Source: Nitrososphaerales archaeon
GTDB taxonomy: Archaea > Thermoproteota > Nitrososphaeria > Nitrososphaerales > UBA213
DNA length: 64,000 nucleotides
Direction: 5' to 3'
Assembly: GCA_965197925.1 (NCBI GenBank)
Contig: CBDAOC010000020.1
Span: 832,001-896,000, forward strand
The notes below the pieces were generated by a model. The model saw only the letters and a program-made list of their open reading frames with translations, had not been told where the DNA came from and did not search any database. Shown here piece by piece: positions 55,536-64,000 of this stretch. Positions within the stretch are counted from its first letter, which is position 1, and every line of letters starts with the position of its first letter. Position numbers and translations under genes: made by a program.

Positions 55536-56996
55536 ATGAATTACGATAATGTTATGAAACTAGCATTGGAAAGAGGGTTTTACTTTCCCAGCTGTGAGAT
55601 TTATCCTGATACACAAGCAGGTTTCTGGGATTATGGTCCTCTTGGTGTTAGTCTCAAGAATAAGTACATAGAATTGTGGAGGAAAGAATTGGTAAGAAGG
55701 GATGGCATGTTGGAAATTGATGGCTCCCAGATAATGAGCAAGAGCGTTTTTTTAGCATCGGGCCACCTAAACAGCTTCAACGATCCAATTGTTAAGTGCC
55801 TGAAATGCGGATCTATATTCAGGGCAGACAGGTTTGTGTCTGAGAAAATAGGTAAGAACGTTCCTGAGAAGTTGAATGATTCCGAGATAGATGAATTGAT
55901 CACTAAACATTTTGTGAAATGTACCAAGTGTAAGGGAGATCTTGGAAAGGTCAGCAGGTTTAACATGATGTTTCAGGTTTTGATTGGACCCAACGGTGAA
56001 GAAGCGTACCTAAGACCGGAAACTTGCCAGACAATCTTTATTGGATTTCCAAGAATATTCAAAACGATGCGTGGTAAACTACCATTGGGCATAGCACAGA
56101 TAGGTAAAAGTTTTAGGAATGAAATTTCTCCTAGACAGAGTTTGTTGCGATTGAGAGAGTTCTATCAAGCAGAAATCGAAGTATTTTGTAATCCTCGAAG
56201 ACTGAATGAACTTGACAGCTTCGAAAAAATCAAAGATACGATATTAAGAATATATGATGGAAATACAATAAAGGAATTAACATGTGATCAGGCCGTTAAT
56301 GATTATAACATAATACCCAACAAGTTGATAGGTTATTACCTTGCGCTGTTGAGCGAATTTTATTCTAAAACTGGTATTGATATGAAGAGAACTAGGTTTA
56401 GAAGACTAACCGATGATGAGAAGGCTTTTTATGCAACCGCTGCCTTTGATTTTGAAGCTGAAAGTACAATCGGCTGGCTTGAACTTGTTGCATGCAATTA
56501 TAGATCTAGTCACGACTTAGATGGCCATGCGAAAATTAGTAGACAGAATATGGAGGTGCTTGATATTGATGGTAAGGTATTACCACATGTGTTCGAACTT
56601 TCCATGGGTATTGATAGAAGCCTTTATTGCATATTAGAACACTCGTTTGTGGAGGACAAACCAAATAATAGATTTGTTCTAAAAATGAAACCCTACCTGG
56701 CTCCTATACTTGTAGGTGTATTTCCATTGGTTGCCAAAGATGGTCTTACCGAAAAGGCTTCGAATATATTTGATAGTATAAAGAAGAACTTTGATGCTGT
56801 TTTTGATGCGTCTGGCTCCATAGGCAGAAGATATAGAAGACTAGACGAAAGCGGTGTGCCCTTTGGGGTTACAATTGATAGACAGACAATTGAAGACGAT
56901 ACCGTTACAATAAGGGATAGGGACAGCATGCAGCAGGAGCGTATAAAATTCATAGATCTTGTAGATTATTTGACGAAAACAAAGGATGTCTATTAA
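55536..56996 (+). CDS. glyS: Glycine--tRNA ligase (alpha2 type)
   Basis: DYGPLG, YLRPETCQ, GKSFRNEISPRQ, SIGRRYRR. Confidence 0.96.
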   Translation: MNYDNVMKLALERGFYFPSCEIYPDTQAGFWDYGPLGVSLKNKYIELWRKELVRRDGMLEIDGSQIMSKSVFLASGHLNSFNDPIVKCLKCGSIFRADRFVSEKIGKNVPEKLNDSEIDELITKHFVKCTKCKGDLGKVSRFNMMFQVLIGPNGEEAYLRPETCQTIFIGFPRIFKTMRGKLPLGIAQIGKSFRNEISPRQSLLRLREFYQAEIEVFCNPRRLNELDSFEKIKDTILRIYDGNTIKELTCDQAVNDYNIIPNKLIGYYLALLSEFYSKTGIDMKRTRFRRLTDDEKAFYATAAFDFEAESTIGWLELVACNYRSSHDLDGHAKISRQNMEVLDIDGKVLPHVFELSMGIDRSLYCILEHSFVEDKPNNRFVLKMKPYLAPILVGVFPLVAKDGLTEKASNIFDSIKKNFDAVFDASGSIGRRYRRLDESGVPFGVTIDRQTIEDDTVTIRDRDSMQQERIKFIDLVDYLTKTKDVY

Positions 56997-57034
56997 TCTA
57001 ACATAGTTTTTTTAAAATTATTGCATCACACCAT

Positions 57035-57912
57035 GAAGTCATCCCAATACTCTCCAATACATCATAATCGACGAAATGATAACAAATGCCAGATAGTTTT
57101 GTGCATTCTTCTCATATCTGATCCTGGTTCTGTGGAACCCATTCTTCAACCAGGCAAAGAATCTCTCCACAACATAGCGCGTCTTGCCGTATAGGTATTG
57201 TTCTGTATTATCATTTTGTTGTTGTGTCTTACTGTTTTTTCTGTAAGGCATGCAGTCAGAGATTTTTCTTTTGGTGAGGTATTTCCTGATGAATTCTGCA
57301 TCATAGCCCTTGTCTGCTTGGCACCGCGCAATTTTTCTGATAGATCTCTCATCCAGATATTGTGAGATGCCATCCATCACGTCTACAAATCTTGCAGAGT
57401 CATGCTGATTTGCAGGACATTACTACTGAGACTGGCAGTCCGTTTTGTTCCACCGCAACGTGTATTTTTGTGCCTGAAATCCTGTTGAATCCGTTGTATC
57501 CTATGACGCTTCCCCTTTTTTGGCCGGAACTGATGACGAATCGACCGTTTTTTGCAGCTGCATCTTGCCTGATCTGTGGGCTGATTTGACTGCAGCGGAG
57601 AGGATATTCTTCCATATTCCACGTCGCTGCCAGTTCTGCAGTCTGCGGTGCGCAGTTGATTTGGAGCCGTACCTTTGTGACATCCCAGTCCACCTGCATC
57701 CTGTTATCCCGACAAACAGGATTCCGTTGACTGTCTTTCTGTCGTCTGCCCTTGGCCTTCCGGTTCTGGCTGGCTTGGGGAGATGCGGTGATATCATCTT
57801 CCATTGTTCACCTGTTATCTCCTGAAATTTCATGATCTGCTACGGGCAGCATTGCAAATAGATCCAAATGATCGTCAATTATTCACTAAATGATCAGTTT
57901 TGGGATCAGTTG
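57035..57912 (-). mobile_element. IS5-family (IS427-like) element, copy 3
   Basis: Near-identical reverse complement of 40180-41056. Confidence 0.92.
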
Positions 57913-58458
57913 ATTATAACATCCATGCATTTTGTACTGTCATGTTCATTTGCTGGACTCAACAGTATAGATATTGGAAATCCGTTACTCTCTACTGCGG
58001 CATGTATTTTTGTACCTGTTATTCTCTTGAATCCATTATATCCAGTTACATTGCCCCTTTTTTATCAGGAATGGATGAAGAGTCAACTGATATTTTTTGC
58101 AGATTAATTTTGCCAGATTTATGTGCTGAGTGAATAGTACGTGATAGAATATTTTTCCAAATTCCTTTTTGTTGCCATTTGTTTAACCTTCTGTTTGCAG
58201 TAGAATCATCACCATATCTTTTTGGCATATCGTCCCATCGGCATCCAGTAGTTAGAACATGGATTATTCCGTTAATGATTTTTCTATCATCATCCCTAGG
58301 CCTGCCAGTTTTTGCATGTGGTGGTATGTGTGATTCTATCATACTCCACTGTTTGTCTGATAATTCTTGGAATTTCATAAAATAATTTTAGATGTCGCTA
58401 TTCATGGATCTAAATGGTCACTAAAAATTGTCTAAATGGTTAGTTTTGAGATGAGTTG
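57913..58458 (-). mobile_element. Diverged sister IS5 element, truncated by copy 3
   Basis: End CAACTCATCTCAAAACT, MKFQELSDKQW..LTTGCRW, AAAAAAGGGG, stops at HDSTKCMDVI where copy 3 begins. Confidence 0.85.
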
Positions 58459-58484
58459 ATGATTCATTCAATTCTTTTATTAAT

Positions 58485-59063
58485 ATGGGAACTTTCTCCC
58501 TAGTTCCAAGTGACGAAGAAAAAACCACTACGCCGGAAAAAACGACCTCAACTTTACCTTTTAGTTTGAATGTTGTAGAAACTGAATTATGGCTCTACTT
58601 AGCTGGTCTTTTGATTGGAGCAATACTGGGAGGGATTTTTGGTTTCTCTAGAGTACAACGCATCAAGATTGCAACCATATCTGCTTTTACCATTATATTG
58701 GTTGCTGCAATAGGAGAAGGATTCTCTCTCTTTGGTGATACACAGTTCTTTAAATTCGATAGCTTTGCTTTGTTGATAGCTGTGGGATTTGGGATATTTG
58801 CGTTGGCCGGGGTATTGTATAATAAGAAGCGTTATAGAGCAACTGGAGTTTATATTTCGGACGACGATTTTTCCAAGTTAAAACAACTAGAAAATCAATA
58901 CGGGGCCGGCTTCAGAATAGATGATCTACGAATTTTGGAAGCCTACGATAAAGGGAAAAACAATCCAAAAGACATATCTATTTTTGTCAATATTAAAGAG
59001 AAACAAGTTAAAAAACGGATAAATTTCTTAATCAAAAAAGGAGTATTACGTAGAAACACATGA
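58485..59063 (+). CDS. Membrane protein with C-terminal wHTH-like domain, possibly 5'-truncated by IS
   Basis: Three TM segments then DLRILE..KDIS..VKKRINFLIKKGVL. Confidence 0.6.
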   Translation: MGTFSLVPSDEEKTTTPEKTTSTLPFSLNVVETELWLYLAGLLIGAILGGIFGFSRVQRIKIATISAFTIILVAAIGEGFSLFGDTQFFKFDSFALLIAVGFGIFALAGVLYNKKRYRATGVYISDDDFSKLKQLENQYGAGFRIDDLRILEAYDKGKNNPKDISIFVNIKEKQVKKRINFLIKKGVLRRNT

Positions 59064-59419
59064 GCCATCACAATTCACACGAGCAAAGTCACTTTCATAC
59101 TTTATTTACCTTCCAATTCGGCTTTTAGCTTCTTTGCAAAACCTTCACAGTCGTAATCAAACGGAAGTGAAAAGATGGAACAAAAGAACATGACAACTAA
59201 TTTCTTAATCATTATCCAACCGAAGAATTGTCCTAAAAGATGTTACATTTTATACATGTTCATAGAATAGCTGATTCCTGAGCTACAACATGTCTAATGG
59301 GTAATAATTAGTCCCTTCACATTCTCTGTTATTTCCTGATTTTCTTGGCAGAATTCATTTTATTATAAAAATCCAGTGTATTTTATAAATACATAATACT
59401 AATATTTGTCTAGCATCAC

Positions 59420-60076
59420 ATGCATTTAATTGATGAACTTGGTACAAGAATAGTTTTGTGCAAAAAGTGTCCCCGACTTGCGAAGTATATCAAAATTGTT
59501 GCAGAAGAGAAAACAAGACGTTACAATGATTGGGAATATTGGGGGAGACCATTACCAGGATTCGGAGACCCAGATGCAAAATTGTTGATAATAGGATTGG
59601 CACCGGCAGCTCATGGTGGGAATAGAACAGGTAGGATGTTCACAGGTGATTCCTCTGGTGATTGGCTGATTAGAGCGCTCTATGAGAATGGTTTTGCAAA
59701 TCAATCCAGTAGTGAGAAAAAGAATGATGGCTTGGAATTGAAAGGTGTCTATATTTCAGCAATAGTAAGATGTGCACCACCAAGAAACAAACCTATGAAA
59801 GAAGAAGTTAAGAAATGTACTAGTTATCTGGTTGAAGAGCTAAAGATCTTGAAGAACATTGATATTGTCTTAGCACTTGGTAGATTAGCCTTTAACACCT
59901 ATACATCTATACGTGGCATTAGCGGATTGAAGTTTTCACATGGCTTCCTTTACGACTTGGGTGATGTGACACTGGTCGCATCTTATCATCCAAGCAGACA
60001 AAATACCCAAACTGGGAGGTTAAAATGGGACGCGTGGATAAGTGTATTTAAAAAAATAAGGAACATATCAACTTAA
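59420..60076 (+). CDS. Uracil-DNA glycosylase, family 5 (UdgB-like)
   Basis: CKKCPRL, GLAPAAHGGNRTGRMFTGD, RCAPP, YHPSRQN. Confidence 0.93.
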   Translation: MHLIDELGTRIVLCKKCPRLAKYIKIVAEEKTRRYNDWEYWGRPLPGFGDPDAKLLIIGLAPAAHGGNRTGRMFTGDSSGDWLIRALYENGFANQSSSEKKNDGLELKGVYISAIVRCAPPRNKPMKEEVKKCTSYLVEELKILKNIDIVLALGRLAFNTYTSIRGISGLKFSHGFLYDLGDVTLVASYHPSRQNTQTGRLKWDAWISVFKKIRNIST

Positions 60077-60880
60077 AAAATCTAGCTTAAAATCAAGCCT
60101 AACCTCTTCGATTTTATCTTGTATACCAAGAGATCGCATAATACTTTCGAACTGAATTTTATTTTTTGAGACAAGTATACGCATGCTTCCTTTATTCTGA
60201 GAAGCTATGTCGTGATTATGCAGATAGGTCTTTACCTGCCTAACAGTGTCAGTTGCGGGATCAACGAATTTTATTCTAGGATAAAGTTCTGCTAGAAGAT
60301 CTTTAATTAGTGACAAGTGCGTACTGCCCAAAATTATGACATCAATTTGTGAGTTTGATTTTATATTTCGAGTATGTTCTACGATATTTTTCTTCACCGT
60401 TGTAACATCATCTAAAAACTTTCCTGATTCAACCAGATTTATTATTGGCGACGCATTTATTTTAAATATATTTGTGTTTGTAATGTAAGGTTTGATATAG
60501 GCATCAAGCCCTTCACTTTTTATTGTCCCTCCCGTTGCTAGAAGGGCAATGAATCTTGTTTTAGAAGACCCAACTGCATCACCTATATTTAGATAAACGC
60601 CAAAAACAGGAACATTTGCATATAACCTGCATTCCTTTAGTACATGCATTGATGGAGTAATGGACGCAACAATTATTGCTTTAGGATCAAACTTTTCTAG
60701 ATATTTCAGTGTCTGGATTATTATCGATTTTAATTGTCTATTAGTTTTAATGCCGTAAGGATAGTGAGCTCTATCGGCCAGATATACTATAGATTCATTA
60801 GGCATTTCCTTTCTTAATGATTCTATGACTGAGAACGAACCAATTCCAGAATCAAATACAGCTAAAGGTTTGTTATTCAT
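60068..60880 (-). CDS. murI: Glutamate racemase-like protein with both catalytic Cys replaced by Ser
   Basis: FDSGIGS, PYG, LLAT.GT; VASITPS and LGSTHL at the canonical IACNTA and LGCTHY positions. Confidence 0.75.
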   Translation of the reverse strand: MNNKPLAVFDSGIGSFSVIESLRKEMPNESIVYLADRAHYPYGIKTNRQLKSIIIQTLKYLEKFDPKAIIVASITPSMHVLKECRLYANVPVFGVYLNIGDAVGSSKTRFIALLATGGTIKSEGLDAYIKPYITNTNIFKINASPIINLVESGKFLDDVTTVKKNIVEHTRNIKSNSQIDVIILGSTHLSLIKDLLAELYPRIKFVDPATDTVRQVKTYLHNHDIASQNKGSMRILVSKNKIQFESIMRSLGIQDKIEEVRLDFKLDFLS

Positions 60881-61000
60881 TATATTGGAAAGTTAAGCAC
60901 AGTAATAATTTGATTACTGAAGGACTGATGTATCAGTTTGTCGTTTTTATCAATAAAAATACACACCTAAAATTATTAATAAAATGTATTAGGATCGCAT

Positions 61001-61633
61001 ATGAATGCTTTATCTAAGAACTGGACTAGAAGTGATAACAGGGGAATTAGTGAAAAGGCACGAGACACGATCAGACCTCAAGGACCTCTTAGACCACGGT
61101 TGGATACGGCCTCAAGCAGACTGCAAGCACAAATACAAAAGATGGATACAATGCTTGGAAAGATGCGGGAGAAGGACTCTACACTTTTCAGAAAGGTAGT
61201 AGATTCTATGCAACAACATGACATCGATGCAGGAAAGGTATTATCCAATGAGCTCGCTGAGGTTCGCAAAGTAACAAAACTATTAGGTAATACAAGGATG
61301 GCACTTGAACAGGTACACTTAAGATTGGGTACTCTTCATGACGTTGGAGATGCAGTTGTAGCACTTGCTCCAGCCATAGGTGCATTGAAGACTGTAAAGA
61401 CAGGTATAGCAAAATTCATGCCTGATGCAGAGAATGAGATGGGAGATATGTCAAATATGCTAGGTAACTTGTTAATGGATACACTACAAGGAGGTAACTT
61501 TGCCTTCCAGAACGATGTATCTAGTGAAGAAGTAGAGAAGATACTTTCAGAGGCCTCGGCAGTAGCGGAGAAGAATGTTGATAGCAGATTACCTTCAGTT
61601 CCAGGAGTGGAAGAACTGCCCAGGTTCACGTAA
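61001..61633 (+). CDS. ESCRT-III / CdvB-like Snf7-domain protein
   Basis: NELAEVRK, ALEQVHLRLGT, GDAVVALAPA, EVEKILSEA. Confidence 0.85.
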   Translation: MNALSKNWTRSDNRGISEKARDTIRPQGPLRPRLDTASSRLQAQIQKMDTMLGKMREKDSTLFRKVVDSMQQHDIDAGKVLSNELAEVRKVTKLLGNTRMALEQVHLRLGTLHDVGDAVVALAPAIGALKTVKTGIAKFMPDAENEMGDMSNMLGNLLMDTLQGGNFAFQNDVSSEEVEKILSEASAVAEKNVDSRLPSVPGVEELPRFT

Positions 61634-61646
61634 AAAGGTGCTTGCA

Positions 61647-61859
61647 ATGGGAAGACTTGCAGCACTCTCCATATTTTCTGCAATAGGATTTGCAATAGGT
61701 TTTCTAGGTTACCTTTCATACCCAACAGTTTTGGCTTTGGAATTGACCGGAGTTCTTAGTTTATTACTCAACCCTGTTTTTATAGGAGCATTTACCTCAG
61801 GATCAGTTGGATTGATTGCGAGTTTGGTTCTAGTGTTGAGATGGGCAAAAAAAGCCTAA
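61647..61859 (+). CDS. Small membrane protein
   Basis: ATG 61647 after AAGGTG; two hydrophobic helices, basic tail. Confidence 0.6.
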   Translation: MGRLAALSIFSAIGFAIGFLGYLSYPTVLALELTGVLSLLLNPVFIGAFTSGSVGLIASLVLVLRWAKKA

Positions 61860-61998
61860 TTTCAATTGCAAAAATATGACAATTCACAGATAAGAAATCT
61901 CAATTGGTTTGTTAGAAAATCCGGTCGTTCTATAAGGGTAACCTAGAATCTTAACCAAGGTCGAGGGTATTGTTCATGTATATTGCATCTCTGTCAAA

Positions 61999-62959
61999 GG
62001 CTGTGTAGAAACCATAGATTTTAGCCTGTTGTGCACGGAATTGCACCATGAGATCAATGTATCACATATAACTCCTGCCTATGCATGAAAGAGTCAAGGT
62101 ATGTCAAACTTGCTAGAACCATGCTCAATGTTTTGATAAAGGCCAGGATATCCCTGTACATACACAAGAAGAGCAATCATATCTACACTGTATGGCAGCA
62201 TACAATCCTTCTGGCATTAAGGCAGTATGAAGGGAAGAGCTACAGGAGGTTTGTGGAATGGCTGCATGAAGCATACTACCTGAGGATCTTTCTACATCTA
62301 GATATAGTACCCCATTATACAACACTGCAGAAGTTTGCTTCAAGGATGAATGACATGCTTCTGTACAGGATAATCAGTTCATTCATCCTTCTTACGAAGG
62401 TAAGGAAGATGTTTGTGGGAATAGATGCGTCTGGATTCAAATCCAGTAACGCTTCATCATATTATACTGATGTAGCAGGAATAAGGAAGCGTTACATCAA
62501 GCTGTCTATAGGTGCTGAAGTGAGAGAGCAGCTGGCATGTTCTTTGAAGATAAGAAGAGGGCCAAGACACGATACTATAGATTTCACACCATTGCTGCAA
62601 AGGGCATCAAGTATAATGCTATTGTCTATAGTTGCAGCTGATAAAGGCTATGATAGCGAAGCAAATCACGAATTTGTTAGAGAGTATCTAGGTGCTGTGA
62701 GCAGTCCCTGCTAGATATGGAGATGTACCAGTATGGAGAACGCATGGAAGATACAGGAAGCAGATGGAGAGGAGATTCTACAAGGAACTTTACTGTCAGA
62801 GTAACAAGAACGAAACCATACTGTCTGTGGTAAAGAGAATGTTTGGTGAGCATATACTATCAAGATCTGTTAGAATGCAGAACAGGGAGCTGTTCTTCAG
62901 AGTAATTGCCTACAACATGCATAGATTAACTGTATTTTTGGTATGGTTTCTACAGAGCC
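61999..62959 (+). mobile_element. IS5-family element (IS903-like GGC ends), frameshifted transposase
   Basis: TIRs GGCTGTGTAGAAACCA / TGGTTTCTACAGAGCC; near 8-bp target duplication CTGTCAAA / CCGTCAAA; IDASG, ADKGYDSE. Confidence 0.9.
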
Positions 62960-62980
62960 CCGTCAAAAGAATATTTAATT

Positions 62981-64000
62981 GAGGCTTGGGCATAATTAAG
63001 CCGGTCGAAACGATAAGATCAGGTTCTAGTTTTTATTGTTGATATGTTTAGCTCAGACTCGATACTCCTTCGTATATTATTTTTGATTGACGTGATTCTA
63101 GTCAAAACCTAATAGGAAAAGGGTAGACCATTCTACTATTCTCCTATAGTAATGATGAGATGCTTCATCGTTAGAGTATGGGTAAGAATACCAAGCAACA
63201 ATGCTTTGCATGAATACTATTCGATAGACATGCCATACAACAGGAAGGTAATGAAGGCATGTGGTCTTGATAGGTTTCCAGATAAAAGAACATTCGACAG
63301 AAGGTCAAGGCCATATCAATTGACATAAGATCAAGGATAGGTGCTATGGGTATGCTCTTCATAAAAGATGGGTGGTAGACTCATTCATAGTATCCGTTGA
63401 CAGTTCATTGTTGAAAGCAAAGGGACATGTATGGCACAAATCTAGCATGAAGAAGAACGAAGTACCACGCTCCGGTATAGATACAGATGCTCGATGGGGC
63501 TACAGCAGAACCAAGGGATGGGTATTCGGATACAAACTGCATCTAGCATGTAGCACAGGTTCGTTGATAGTTCCATTATCAGCTGATTTCACAACAGCTA
63601 ACATTACTGATAACATGATGTATGAAAGCATCACATCTTCATTGCCTACAGGAATGGCAAGGTATGTTGTAGGAGATGAAGGATATGATGATCACAAGTT
63701 ATGTGATTTCAGCAGGTATAGAGGGTATCCAGTATTCCCATTGGAAAGGTACAAGCATACTACAGATAATAATAGACTGGCATTGCTGCAGTTCTATCAA
63801 TCTGAATTTGGACAGCATGTATATTCTCGGAGGAGCATAAGCGTTGAACCATTGATAGAGCATATGAAGGATGTATTTACCATAGATCCATTGCCAGTTA
63901 GAGGGTTCGATAAGGTAAGGAGCATTGTATTGTTATCTGTATTGTTGTATCAGGTAATGGTGTACTACAATCATCTAACAGGAAGACCATTAAGGGCATT
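62981..64000 (+). mobile_element. DDE IS, copy 3 (more diverged, runs off window)
   Basis: Left end GAGGCTTGGGCATAATT; homologous to 29138 and 33123 elements; retains GDEGYDD. Confidence 0.88.

Noticed and set aside
1..64000. cas, reverse transcriptase, TnpB/IscB, rRNA or canonical tRNA genes
   Set aside because: None recognised in any frame or by structure.

Overview
AT-rich archaeal chromosome segment, almost certainly Nitrososphaerota/Thaumarchaeota (PriS/PriL primase, ESCRT-III/CdvB-like protein, PEF-CTERM cupredoxin, archaeal-type GlyRS). Mostly housekeeping blocks (1-12.7 kb: glycosyltransferase, aspartate kinase, IlvE, secreted paralogs, cupredoxins, YyaL; 42.6-61.9 kb: GalT-like, aquaporin, Dps-like, GATase, UPF0182, primase, Nfo, Re-citrate-synthase-like, GlyRS, UDG, racemase-like, CdvB-like) flank a decaying ~29 kb accessory region bracketed by two paralogous small HTH-like genes. 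That region holds a shattered giant surface protein, an osmoprotectant ABC transporter, several IS elements, an ATPase-wHTH gene flanked by four 16-bp palindromes, a tRNA-like structure, and a dead tyrosine integrase followed by cas-less CRISPR repeats. The most striking observation is at 38998-39157. There the integrase's own catalytic-Tyr coding segment is triplicated as 29-bp repeats separated by unique 37- and 36-bp spacers, matching the geometry of the nearby canonical CRISPR mini-array. This looks like a natural ectopic (neo-)CRISPR array born inside an integrase gene. All calls are by eye from motifs; no database searches were run, and some repeat expansions or chimeras could be assembly artefacts.
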